Shown: piece by piece, positions 40,923 to 50,238 of the stretch
Position numbering within the stretch: position 1 is the stretch's first letter
Layout of the letters: every line of letters begins with the position of its first letter
NCBI GenBank assembly: GCA_963719495.1
Contig: CAVRCI010000004.1
Coordinates: 64,001 to 128,000 of the forward strand
Direction of reading: 5' to 3'
DNA: 64,000 nucleotides
Source of the DNA: an uncultured Verrucomicrobiae bacterium
GTDB taxonomy: Bacteria; Verrucomicrobiota; Verrucomicrobiia; Chthoniobacterales; JAATET01
Translations under genes and position numbers: made by a program
Notes under the pieces: model-generated
What the model was told of the DNA's origin: nothing
Databases searched by the model: none
What the model saw: the letters and a program-made list of their open reading frames with translations, nothing else

Positions 40923-40982
40923 GGTGGCTGGGTGATTGGTAGCGGGGTGGGGGCGTTTGGGGAAGAGTGTCCGGCTTTGCCG

Positions 40983-41106
40983 GATTGGGGTGGGTCGGCG
41001 AGTGGGAAGTCGCCGCTCCTTGAAGCTCGGCTCTCTCGCTTCGCTCGACTTGCCGACTTGATGCGGCGGGACGCCGCATCTCGCACGCGGGACGCGTGCG
41101 CTCCCC
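40983..41106 (+). repeat. REP-like repeat, family A (copy 4)
   Basis: ...TCGCCGCTCCTTGAAGCTCGGCTCTCTCGCTTCGCTCGA...GATGCGGCGGGACGCCGCATCTCGCACGCGGGACGCGTGCGCTCCCC. Confidence 0.9.
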
Positions 41107-41112
41107 GGGCAC

Positions 41113-41147
41113 GAAGAAGCCGGGCGAATTTCTTCGCCCGGCTTTTC
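41113..41147 (-). terminator. Probable intrinsic terminator of rpsA-glutaredoxin
   Basis: 12-bp stem AAGCCGGGCGAA/TTCGCCCGGCTT with a 4-nt loop, about 25 nt after the stop. Confidence 0.65.
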
Positions 41148-41168
41148 GGTTTGATCTGTCCGTTTTGC

Positions 41169-41504
41169 TTAGATCTTCATTCGGACCATGGCTTCGTGCT
41201 CTTCGTCAGTGCAGGGGGCGTTGAGCGGGACGCTCGTCGCTTTGTCGCTGTCGCCGACGAGGCCGGCCTCGTTGAGGTAGCCTTCGAGCTCTTCGCCGCT
41301 GATGTCGGCGAGCATCTTGCCGTCGACTTCGACGCAGGGCGAAAGCGGTTGGCCGCTGCGCTGCTCCATTTCCCAGCGGTGGGCCGGGTTTTGGATGATG
41401 TCTTTCTCGGTGTAGGCGAGCTCATACTTCGCGAGGACGGCGCGGACGCCGGCGCTCCACCCGCAGGTGGTCTTGAGGTAGGCTGTGATGTCGGGTTTGC
41501 TCAT
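41169..41504 (-). CDS. Glutaredoxin-like protein
   Basis: YLKTTCGWS and SGQPLSPCVEVDG. Confidence 0.85.
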   Translation of the reverse strand: MSKPDITAYLKTTCGWSAGVRAVLAKYELAYTEKDIIQNPAHRWEMEQRSGQPLSPCVEVDGKMLADISGEELEGYLNEAGLVGDSDKATSVPLNAPCTDEEHEAMVRMKI

Positions 41505-41545
41505 GGTTCGAGTAGTGTCGCTGAAGCTTCGGATTCCGCGAACGA

Positions 41546-43231
41546 TTAGTTCTTTCCTTCGCCGGGGCGGTATTCCTCCTGGGCGATCTGGAAGGCCGCG
41601 GCCAGTCCGACGAGATCCTCGCCGGGTTTGACACCTTCGAATGCGGCGCTCTCCTTGTGGACGTCTTCCATGGAGTAGTTGGCGGCCTTGATCGAAAGGC
41701 CGATGCGACGATCGTTCTTGTCGATTTTGATGACGCGGCTTTCGACTTCGTCACCGACTTTGAGGACATCCTTGACCTTCTCGACGTGATCTTCGCTGAG
41801 TTGCGAGATGTGGACGAGGCCGTCGATGTTGCCTTCGAGTTGGATGAACGCGCCGAAGTTGGCGAGCTTGGAGACGGTGCCCTTGACGAGATCGCCGATC
41901 TTGAACTGACCTTCGATTTCCTTCCACGGATCGCCTTCGAGCTGCTTGATGCCGAGGCTGATGCGCTGGTTGGCTTTGTCGATATCGATGACAACCGCTT
42001 CGACCGGATCGCCTTTTTTGAGGATCTCGGACGGGTGGTTGATCTTGCGGGTCCAGCTGATGTCGGACACGTGGACCATGCCGTCGATGCCTTCTTCGAG
42101 TTCGATGAACGCGCCGTATGCGGTCATGTTCCGGACTTCGCCGGAGACCTGCTTGCCGATCACGTAACGGGATTCGATTTCGTCCCATGGGTTCGGATCT
42201 AGCTGGCGGACGCCGAGCGAGATTTTCTGCTCCCCGGTGTTGACGCCGAGGACGACGGCTTCGATCTCCTGGCCGAGCGTGAGGACGTCGGACGGGCGGG
42301 CGATGCGTTTGGTCCAGGAGAGCTCGGACACGTGGATGAGGCCTTCGACGCCTTCCTCGATCTCGACGAACGCGCCGTAGGGCATGAGGTTCGTGACCTT
42401 GCCGCGAACGGTCTGGCCGACGGGGAAGCGCTCCTCGATTTTTTCCCACGGATTGGACTGGGTCTGCTTGAGACCGAGGGAGACGCGCTCCTTGTCCTTG
42501 TTGATGTCGAGGATGACGAGTTCGAGGTTCTGGCCGATGGTGACCATCTCGGAGGGATGGTTAAGGCGAGCCCACGACATGTCGGTGATGTGGAGGAGGC
42601 CGTCGATGCCGTCGAGGTCGATGAAGGCACCGAAGTCGGTGATGTTCTTGACGTTGCCGGAGACCATGTCGCCGACGTTGACGCTTTCGAGGAACTTCCC
42701 GCGCTTCTCGGAGCGCTCGGCTTCGATGATTTCGCGGCGGCTGAGGACGACGTTTTTGCGGTCCTCGTTGATTTTGACGATTTTGAAGTCGTAGGTGTTC
42801 CCGACGAACTGCGTGAGATCGCGCGGCGGAATGATGTCGATCTGCGACGCGGGGAGGAAGGACTCGACGCCAACGTTGACGGTGAGGCCGCCTTTGACGA
42901 CCGCCTTGACCTTGCCTTTGATGAGACCGCCGTCTTCGTAGACTTTGACGATCTTTTCCCAGTTCTGGCGCTGGGCGGCTTTTTCCTTGGAGAGAACGAC
43001 CATGCCTTCGTCGTTTTCGAGGCGGACGAGGAGGACTTCGATTTCGTCGCCGACTTCGACCTCTTCGGGGTCGTCGAATTCACTGGCGGGGATGATGCCT
43101 TCGGATTTCCAGCCGATGTCGACGAGGAATTCGCGGGAACGGATTTCGAGCACGTGCCCGTTGACGATGCTGCCTTCCTTGTAATTCTTGATGGAATTCG
43201 TGAGGAGGTCTTGCAGGGATACTTCTGCCAT
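41546..43231 (-). CDS. rpsA: 30S ribosomal protein S1
   Basis: Six S1 repeats (FGAFIDL..DGLLHITD and similar). Confidence 0.97.
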   Translation of the reverse strand: MAEVSLQDLLTNSIKNYKEGSIVNGHVLEIRSREFLVDIGWKSEGIIPASEFDDPEEVEVGDEIEVLLVRLENDEGMVVLSKEKAAQRQNWEKIVKVYEDGGLIKGKVKAVVKGGLTVNVGVESFLPASQIDIIPPRDLTQFVGNTYDFKIVKINEDRKNVVLSRREIIEAERSEKRGKFLESVNVGDMVSGNVKNITDFGAFIDLDGIDGLLHITDMSWARLNHPSEMVTIGQNLELVILDINKDKERVSLGLKQTQSNPWEKIEERFPVGQTVRGKVTNLMPYGAFVEIEEGVEGLIHVSELSWTKRIARPSDVLTLGQEIEAVVLGVNTGEQKISLGVRQLDPNPWDEIESRYVIGKQVSGEVRNMTAYGAFIELEEGIDGMVHVSDISWTRKINHPSEILKKGDPVEAVVIDIDKANQRISLGIKQLEGDPWKEIEGQFKIGDLVKGTVSKLANFGAFIQLEGNIDGLVHISQLSEDHVEKVKDVLKVGDEVESRVIKIDKNDRRIGLSIKAANYSMEDVHKESAAFEGVKPGEDLVGLAAAFQIAQEEYRPGEGKN

Positions 43232-43383
43232 AACTTTGGGTTGAGGTTTGTTAAGTTAAAACCACGATGCCGAGTTGAACTCCGACCGGCAGGATTGCGG
43301 ATCGGCGGCTGTGGCGGGAGCGTGAAGGTAGCGGGTTTGGGGGGTGGTGCAACGTCTTTGTTGGGTGGTGTCGGTGCGGTGTC

Positions 43384-43439
43384 GGTGACTGGTGAGTGAG
43401 GTGAGAAGCCAGAGATTCTTCGCTTCGCTCAGAATGACA
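43384..43439 (+). repeat. Repeat family B, copy 2
   Basis: GGTGACTGGTGAGTGAGGTGAGAAGCCAGAGATTCTTCGCTTCGCTCAGAATGACA. Confidence 0.9.
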
Positions 43440-43528
43440 CGGGTGGGGCGGGCAGGTGGGGTGGCGGCTTTTTTGAGTGGAATTGTTCGCTGGCTTTGGC
43501 GGGTGGGGGGTGGGTTACAACTTGGGAT

Positions 43529-46096
43529 GTGGGTATTTTGCGAATATGGCGGGTCCGATGGTTGCGGGTTCTGGCTTTCGCTTTCTTGGTGGCGACGCCG
43601 GGGTTGCGGGCGGTGGAGGTGCCTTTGGCGGCGGGGCGGGTGGTTGTTTTGAGTGGGTTGCCGGGGGACGTGGAGTCGGACCGGGCGTATCAGCGGTCGG
43701 TGGATGCGGTGCTGGGGTTGGTGACGGCGGGGGGCGTGGATTCGGTGCGGGTGCTGGTGAACGATCCGGAGCGGGCGGCGGGGCGGGAGCGGTGGACGGC
43801 GGCGGATTGGCGGGCGGGGTCGCGGGAGGAATTTTTGCGGCTGGGCGAGGAGTTGGGGGACTCGGAGGAGCCGGTGACGGTGGTGGTGTGGGGTCATGGT
43901 GGGGTGATCCGGGGGGAGAGTGTGTTGCACGTGGCGGGGCCTCGGATCGGGGAGGGGGACTTCCGGGAATTTGGTGAGGCGGCTGGGAAATCGGGTGCGG
44001 CGGTGCGGTGGGTTCTGTTTTTTCCGGGGAGCGGGGTGGTGGCAAAGGGGCTGGCGACGGATGGGAGCGAGGTTTTTGCTTCCGAGGCGGGAACGCGGTT
44101 TGCGAGTGATCCGATCGGTTTGGACGAGGTGATCGGGGCTTGGCGGGATGAACCGGGGGCGACGCTGGAGGGGTTGTCGATGCGGGCGGGGCCGCGGATT
44201 GTGGCGTGGTATGATTCGCGGTCGATGGCGCGGACGGAGGATCCGGCTTTTTTTGCGAGCGGAGAGGGGGCACCGGTGATGGTGGCCGAGGCGGAGATTG
44301 GGGCGGCTGCGGAAGGCGGGGCGAAGGTCGGCGGAGACTGGCGGGAGTTGGCCCGGGTGCGGGCGGAGGATTATCCGGGGGCGGACGCGGTGGTGTTGGA
44401 GCGGACGCTGCGTTACACACTGGGGGAGAATCCGGCGGTGGGGGCGGAGATCGAGGAGACGACGCAGATTCTCACGGCGGAGGGGAAGCGGCACGGGGAC
44501 TTTGCGTTCGATTTCTCGCCGCCGCAGGAGAATCTGGAATTCGTCGCTTTGGAGGTGCTCAAGCCGGATGGGTCGGTGGAGTCGTTCGATCCGGACGAGG
44601 TGTTGGAATCGAAGGAGGAGTCGGTGGAGGGCTACGGGAGTTCGGGGAGCAAGGTCTTCTCGCTGCGGGGCGTGGAGCCTGGTGCGTTACTGCACGTGAA
44701 GTATCGGCGGACGTGGCGGAGGTTTCCGTTTCCACACGTTTTTTTGGAGTTGCCGGTGGCCGGTGAGTTGCCGGTGCGGCGGTTGCGAATCGCGGTGGAG
44801 GTGGGGGCGGACGAGGCGTTTCACGCGCACATCGTCGACGGGGCGGACGGGGCGGCGGTCGAACCTACGGCGCGCGTGACGAGTTATGGGACGGTGCGGG
44901 AGTGGGCCTGGGACGACGTGGCGGCGGCGGGGGCGGAGGTGCTGGCTCCGCCGGGCGGGCGGGCGGCGCTGCAGATCTCGACGTTTCCGGATTGGTCGGA
45001 GTTCGTGGCCTGGTATTTGAGGCTGACCGAAGAAGCGGACGTGGTGACGGACGAGATTCGGGCGATGGCGGCGGAGCTGACGGCGGGGTCCGAGTCGGCG
45101 GAGGGGAAGGTGCGGGCGATCTATGAATTCGTGACGGGGCTGCGCTACGTGTCGATTCCGCTGGGGGTGAACAGCTACCGTCCGCACGCGGCGGGGAACG
45201 TGCTGGCAAACCGCTACGGGGATTGCAAGGACAAGGCGAACTTGCTCAACGCGTTGTGCCGGGCGGAGGGAATCGACGCGAAGCTGGTGCTGGTGCCTCG
45301 GTTCAGCGAGGCGAACGAGGCGGTGCCGGGGTTGGCATTCAATCACGCGATTTCGCGGGTCGAGTTACCGGACGGCGGGGGTGTCCTGTGGCTGGATTCG
45401 ACGGATGACGTGTGTCCGTTTGGGTTGCTGCCGCCGGGGGATCCGGGGCGGGATGTGCTGGTGGTCGACGCCGAGAGCACGGGTTTGGTGCGTCTGCCGG
45501 AGCCGGAGGTGGGGGGGCAGCGACTGGAGATCGACTGGGATTTCTCGGCGGAGGCGGGGCGGGCGGAGCTGCGGGCGGCGGGGTTCGCGGGTTACGCGAT
45601 GCGGAGTGCGGCTCGGGCGTCGGCGGCTTACGGTGGGACTCTGCCATTGCTGCGGGCGGCGGGTTTGGAACCGGTGGCGGGGGTGGTGCGGACGACGGAT
45701 GGGGAGGGGTCGGCTCCGGGGGAGATCGAGCGGGATTTCGTCTGGTCGGCGGCGGTGGAATTGATTGGGGCGGGCGAAGGCGGGCTGCCCTTCGTTTTGC
45801 CCCGGGAGTGGGAACTCGCGTTGCAACCTCGGTCCCGGGCGGTGCTGCTCAATGATGGGTATCCGCTGACTTTGGCGCAAACGGTGCGGGGCCTGGCAGC
45901 GGCTGACGGGATTGGGGCTCGCGAGGGAGCTCGGAGTGCGGTGGGTGGGCCTGTGGAGTGGGAGCTGACTTGGAAGGACGGGGTGGGTCGGTTGGAGGTG
46001 CGGCTGGTGGAGGCGGAGATGGAGGGGGATCGGCTGGAGGAATTTCGCGCAACTTTGCGGGGGTTGTATCGGGTGCTGGGGGGAGCGGGGGAGTGA
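43529..46096 (+). CDS. Secreted protein with an N-terminal caspase/C13-like domain, DUF3857 and a transglutaminase-like domain
   Basis: Signal peptide, VVVWGHGG, YGDCKDKA, FNHAI and WLDST. Start uncertain. Confidence 0.8.
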   Translation: MGILRIWRVRWLRVLAFAFLVATPGLRAVEVPLAAGRVVVLSGLPGDVESDRAYQRSVDAVLGLVTAGGVDSVRVLVNDPERAAGRERWTAADWRAGSREEFLRLGEELGDSEEPVTVVVWGHGGVIRGESVLHVAGPRIGEGDFREFGEAAGKSGAAVRWVLFFPGSGVVAKGLATDGSEVFASEAGTRFASDPIGLDEVIGAWRDEPGATLEGLSMRAGPRIVAWYDSRSMARTEDPAFFASGEGAPVMVAEAEIGAAAEGGAKVGGDWRELARVRAEDYPGADAVVLERTLRYTLGENPAVGAEIEETTQILTAEGKRHGDFAFDFSPPQENLEFVALEVLKPDGSVESFDPDEVLESKEESVEGYGSSGSKVFSLRGVEPGALLHVKYRRTWRRFPFPHVFLELPVAGELPVRRLRIAVEVGADEAFHAHIVDGADGAAVEPTARVTSYGTVREWAWDDVAAAGAEVLAPPGGRAALQISTFPDWSEFVAWYLRLTEEADVVTDEIRAMAAELTAGSESAEGKVRAIYEFVTGLRYVSIPLGVNSYRPHAAGNVLANRYGDCKDKANLLNALCRAEGIDAKLVLVPRFSEANEAVPGLAFNHAISRVELPDGGGVLWLDSTDDVCPFGLLPPGDPGRDVLVVDAESTGLVRLPEPEVGGQRLEIDWDFSAEAGRAELRAAGFAGYAMRSAARASAAYGGTLPLLRAAGLEPVAGVVRTTDGEGSAPGEIERDFVWSAAVELIGAGEGGLPFVLPREWELALQPRSRAVLLNDGYPLTLAQTVRGLAAADGIGAREGARSAVGGPVEWELTWKDGVGRLEVRLVEAEMEGDRLEEFRATLRGLYRVLGGAGE

Positions 46097-46151
46097 GGTC
46101 AAATCTCCGGGGTTTGTTCGAGAGGCGTTCGGCTCCACGGCTTTGCCGGGG

Positions 46152-46207
46152 TTGCCGGGTGATGCGGCGGGACGCCGCATCTCGCACGCGGGACGCGTGC
46201 GCTCCCC
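46152..46207 (+). repeat. REP-like repeat, family A (copy 5)
   Basis: GATGCGGCGGGACGCCGCATCTCGCACGCGGGACGCGTGCGCTCCCC. Confidence 0.9.
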
Positions 46208-46210
46208 CTG

Positions 46211-47203
46211 CTATTTGTTGGTGAAGCGGTAGGTGGTTTTTTGGTGGTAGGTCTCGTCGGGGTGAAGGGTGGTCGGTGGGAAATTGGGGTGGTTGGGACT
46301 GTCGGGATAGTGCTGGGCTTCGAGGCAGAGGGCGCTTCGGTGGGGGTAAGGTTTGCCTCCCTTTCCGGTTGCTCCGGTTAGGAAATTTCCTCCGTAGAAG
46401 TGGATGGCGGGTTGGTCGGTGGAGACCTCGAGGGTGCGTCCGCTGGCGGGGTGGTGGACGTTGGCGGCGAGCTGGTAGCCGGGGTGCTCGAGGATGAGGG
46501 ATTGGTCGTAGCCTCCGCTGGCTTGGAGGGGGGGGAAGTCGGCGTCGGGAAGGCCGATTGGGCGGGGGTTTCGGAAATCGAGGGGGGTGTCGGCGACGGA
46601 TGGTAGGCGACCGGTGGGAGCGACGTTTGGACCCGGTTCGACGTAGCGGTCGGCGGCGATGGTGACTTCGTGGTCGGCGATGGTGGGGGTGCCTTCTCCG
46701 GCGAGGTTGAAGTAGGCGTGGTTGGTGAGGTTGAGGATGGTGGGGGCATCGGTGGTGGCTTCGTAGCGGATCTCGATAACGTTGTCGGCGGTGAGCTCGA
46801 AGGTGACGGTCACGTGAAGATTGCCGGGGTAGCCAGCTTCGCCGTCGGGGCTGAAGCGGGAGAAGCGGACGGTCTGTGGGCCGAGTTCGGTTTCCCAGAT
46901 TCTCGTGGAGAATCCGTTGGGGCCGCCGTGGAGGTGGTGGGGGCCGTCGTTGGTGGCGAGGTGGTATTCGGTGCCGTCGAGGGTGAAGCGGCCGTTGGCG
47001 ATGCGGTTGGCGTAGCGGCCGGCGGTGCATCCGTAGAAGGGGGTGTTGTCCAAATATTCCCCTGGGGTGTCGAAGCCGAGGAGGACGTCGGCGAATTGGC
47101 CTTTGCGATCGGGGACGTGGGCGGAGACGACGGCGGCACCGACGTTCGTGAGGACGACGCGGACGCCGGATGGGTTGATGAGTTCGAAGAATTGTGGGGT
47201 CAT
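46211..47203 (-). CDS. galM: Aldose 1-epimerase (galactose mutarotase)
   Basis: GRYANRI, HLHGG, NLTNHAYFNL, GYD and CLEAQHYPDSPNHP. Confidence 0.95.
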   Translation of the reverse strand: MTPQFFELINPSGVRVVLTNVGAAVVSAHVPDRKGQFADVLLGFDTPGEYLDNTPFYGCTAGRYANRIANGRFTLDGTEYHLATNDGPHHLHGGPNGFSTRIWETELGPQTVRFSRFSPDGEAGYPGNLHVTVTFELTADNVIEIRYEATTDAPTILNLTNHAYFNLAGEGTPTIADHEVTIAADRYVEPGPNVAPTGRLPSVADTPLDFRNPRPIGLPDADFPPLQASGGYDQSLILEHPGYQLAANVHHPASGRTLEVSTDQPAIHFYGGNFLTGATGKGGKPYPHRSALCLEAQHYPDSPNHPNFPPTTLHPDETYHQKTTYRFTNK

Positions 47204-47318
47204 CGCGTTGGGTGGCCTGGGGTGGTGGAAGTGTGAGTTTTTCGCCAAATCGAGCGCGGTCGACGTTCGGTTGCCGGGTGTGAAGAGATTTTACGGGAAT
47301 GTGCTACGGTTGTCCGCG

Positions 47319-49334
47319 ATGAAGTGGCGGATTTTGGCGTTGTTGGCGTTGTTGGCGGTGATGGTGGGGATGACCGGAGCTCGGGGTCAGGTTTTTCAGG
47401 GAGAGACGCTCGTCGAGGCGCGGCTGGTGGCGGATACGACGACGGTGGTGCCGGGGCGGGCGTTTCGCGTGGGGTTGGTGCTCGAGATGGCTCCGAAGTG
47501 GCACACGTATTGGCAATACTCGGGCGACGCCGGGATCCCGACTTCGATCGAATGGACGTTGCCGGACGGGTTCGGTGCGGGGCCGATCGAGTGGCCGCTG
47601 CCGGAGGGGATTCTCGAGGCGGGGGACATTCAGGTTTACGCTTATGGCGATGAGGTGATGTTGATGACGACGATCCAGCCAGCGGCGGAGATCGGGGCGG
47701 AGACGGTGACGATCACGGGTGTGGCGGACTGGCTCGTTTGCGCGGAGTTGTGCATTCCGGGTTCGGCGAAGGTTTCGCTGACCTTGCCGGCCGGGGCGGC
47801 GGGTGAGCCGGCGAACGCGGAGTTGTTTGATCGGTGGACGGCTCAATTGCCGAGCCTGTCGACTCCGCCGTTCCCGGTGGAATGGTCGCGGGAGGGTGGA
47901 AATCTGGTGGCGAAAGTGCGGGCGGAGGATGGCGTGACGGGGGTCGATTTTTATCCGTTGCCGGCGGAGGGGCAGGCGGTCGGGCACGCGATGATCGAGC
48001 GGTCGGGCGATGAGTTTACGATTCGGATCGGGGCCGAGGGCGATCTGACCGGGGTGCTGGTGGCGGAGGGTGCGGATGGGCGTCGGGGTTGGATGTTGGG
48101 CAGCGCGGGGGCGGCGGCTTCCGGGGGCCTCGCGGTCTGGCAGGCGTTGTTGCTGGGTGTGCTGGGCGGGTTGATTCTCAATTTGATGCCGTGCGTATTG
48201 CCGGTGATTTCGCTGAAGATCTTTGGGTTCATCCGGCAGGAGGGGGAGGCTCCGGGGAAGATCCTGGCGCACGGGTTGGCGTTCTCGGGCGGGATCTTCG
48301 TGTGGTTTCTTGGATTGGGGCTGGTGGTGGTCGGGTTGAAGGCGGGAGGGAGCGAGGTGAATTGGGGGGCGCAATTTCAGAATCCGGTATTCCTACTCGT
48401 GGTAGCGGCCGTGGTTTTCGTTTTTGCGCTGAACTTGCTGGGGGTGTTCGAGGTGGCGTTGCCGGGGCGGGCTTCGGGTGGCTTGGCTTCGCTGGGGAAT
48501 CGCGAGGGGTTGGGGGGTTCGTTTTTTCAGGGGATGTTCGCGACTTTGCTGGCGACTCCTTGCACGGGGCCGTTTCTTGGGACGGCGTTGGGATTTGCTT
48601 TCGCGCAGTCGTGGTTCGTGATTCTGGCGATGTTCGGGGCGGTCGCGCTGGGGATGGCGCTGCCTTATTTGGTGCTGGCGGCGCAGCCGGGGTGGATGAA
48701 ATTTTTGCCGAAGCCCGGGGCTTGGATGGAGCGGTTGAAGCAGTTCATGGCGTTTCCGTTGTTCGCGACGTTGTTGTGGCTGCTGTTCGTGATTGGGCAG
48801 CAGAGCGCGATTGGCACGGTCATCTGGATCGGCGCGTTTTTGCTCTGCCTCGGGTTGGCGGGGTGGATTTACGGGGCCTTTTGCGGACCGATGGGGTCGG
48901 GGCGGTCGCGAGCGGTGGCGCTAGTGATGACGGTGTTCGTCGTGGTGGCGGGGAGTTGGTGGACGCTCGGGCGGGCGTTTGCCGTGGAGGAGGAATTCTG
49001 GCAGCCGTTCTCGCAGGCGAAGGTCGACGAGCTGATCGCGGAGGGGCGGCCGGTTTTCGTCGATTTCACGGCGGATTGGTGCCTGATCTGCAAATACAAC
49101 GAGCAGACGGTGCTGGATCAGCCGGCGGTGCGGGAGGCGTTTGCGGCGGGCGACGTGGTGCCCATCAAGGCGGATTGGACGAGCGCCGATCCGGAGATCA
49201 CGGCGGCGTTGAAGAAATTCGGGCGGGTCGGGGTGCCGTTTTACGTGTTTTATCCGAAGGGTGGGGGTGAGCCGGTGACGTTTCCGGAGCTGCTGACGGA
49301 GTCGATGGTGGTGAAGGCGTTCTTGGGCGATTGA
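47319..49334 (+). CDS. dsbD: Thiol:disulfide interchange protein (DsbD/ScsB-like)
   Basis: WHTYW, CAELCIP, NLMPCVLPV, ATPCTGP and FTADWCLICK. Confidence 0.92.
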   Translation: MKWRILALLALLAVMVGMTGARGQVFQGETLVEARLVADTTTVVPGRAFRVGLVLEMAPKWHTYWQYSGDAGIPTSIEWTLPDGFGAGPIEWPLPEGILEAGDIQVYAYGDEVMLMTTIQPAAEIGAETVTITGVADWLVCAELCIPGSAKVSLTLPAGAAGEPANAELFDRWTAQLPSLSTPPFPVEWSREGGNLVAKVRAEDGVTGVDFYPLPAEGQAVGHAMIERSGDEFTIRIGAEGDLTGVLVAEGADGRRGWMLGSAGAAASGGLAVWQALLLGVLGGLILNLMPCVLPVISLKIFGFIRQEGEAPGKILAHGLAFSGGIFVWFLGLGLVVVGLKAGGSEVNWGAQFQNPVFLLVVAAVVFVFALNLLGVFEVALPGRASGGLASLGNREGLGGSFFQGMFATLLATPCTGPFLGTALGFAFAQSWFVILAMFGAVALGMALPYLVLAAQPGWMKFLPKPGAWMERLKQFMAFPLFATLLWLLFVIGQQSAIGTVIWIGAFLLCLGLAGWIYGAFCGPMGSGRSRAVALVMTVFVVVAGSWWTLGRAFAVEEEFWQPFSQAKVDELIAEGRPVFVDFTADWCLICKYNEQTVLDQPAVREAFAAGDVVPIKADWTSADPEITAALKKFGRVGVPFYVFYPKGGGEPVTFPELLTESMVVKAFLGD

Positions 49335-49387
49335 GCCTCGTCGGGTGTCGGGTTGTGAATTCCCGGGGTTGGGTTACGGTCCTTGCC

Positions 49388-49987
49388 ATGAAAGCACTTC
49401 TCTCCCTTTTCGCGGTTGGTTTCATCTCGGCTTCGGTGGCGCTCGCCGCTCCGGAGATTGGGAAGGCGGCTCCGGATTTTACTTTGATGGATGAAAACGG
49501 GACGGCGCATTCGCTGGCGGATTTCAAGGGGAAGACGGTGGTGCTCGAGTGGTTCAACTACGGTTGTCCGTTCGTGGTGAAGCACTACGGAAGCGGGAAC
49601 ATGCAGCAGCTTCAGGAGGCCGCGATCGACAGTGACGTCGTGTGGCTGAGCGTGGTGTCGTCGAAGGAGGGGAAGCAAGGCCACCTGACGGCTGACGAGG
49701 CGAAGGCGAAGAAGGCGGAGCTCGGATCGAACGCAACGGCGATCCTGCTCGACGGCGACGGGAAGGTCGGGAAGCTCTACGACGCGAAGACGACGCCGGA
49801 GATGTATGTGATCAACGGCGAGGGGACGCTGGTTTACATGGGTGCGATCGACGACAAGCGGGACGCGAAGGCGGCCTCGATCGAGGGCGCCACGAATTAC
49901 GTGACGGCTGCCTTGGATGCTTTGGATGCCGGCGAGCCGGTCGAGGTGACGAAGACGAAGGGTTACGGGTGTTCGGTGAAGTATTGA
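49388..49987 (+). CDS. Periplasmic redoxin (AhpC/TSA-like)
   Basis: APDFTL, LEWFNYGCPFV, AKTTP, YMGAIDD and YGCSVKY. Confidence 0.92.
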   Translation: MKALLSLFAVGFISASVALAAPEIGKAAPDFTLMDENGTAHSLADFKGKTVVLEWFNYGCPFVVKHYGSGNMQQLQEAAIDSDVVWLSVVSSKEGKQGHLTADEAKAKKAELGSNATAILLDGDGKVGKLYDAKTTPEMYVINGEGTLVYMGAIDDKRDAKAASIEGATNYVTAALDALDAGEPVEVTKTKGYGCSVKY

Positions 49988-50068
49988 CGGGTTGCTCGCG
50001 GGGGGCTGGCCGTTCTCGCGGAGGGCTGGCTGGTGACTTCGTGAGTCGATTGGCTTTGTTGGTCATGC

Positions 50069-50119
50069 GTCCCGCCGGGCGGGATGCCCGGCGGGACAGG
50101 CTGGATGCCTGTTTTCCCC
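50069..50119 (+). repeat. Divergent double-hairpin repeat related to family A
   Basis: GTCCCGCCGGGC-GGGAT-GCCCGGCGGGAC, then ACAGGC-TGGAT-GCCTGT-TTTCCCC. Confidence 0.65.
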
Positions 50120-50238
50120 TTCTTGCTACTGCGGCGTTTTTTGCGGGGTAGCGGGGGGCTTTTTCGTTGGTGGGTGTCACTGCTTACCGGAAGTGGGAAC
50201 CCGGCGGCGCGGCTTCCCTACCCTTCGGTCGGGCCGCC

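Noticed and set aside
43232..43330. rpsA 5' leader as a novel regulatory RNA
   Set aside because: An A/U/C-rich, SD-less, weakly structured leader is expected for rpsA. I cannot support more by eye.
50160..50238. Possible ncRNA or tRNA-like structure between redoxin and acnA
   Set aside because: No cloverleaf or T-loop signature. Probably a terminator-like or repeat hairpin.
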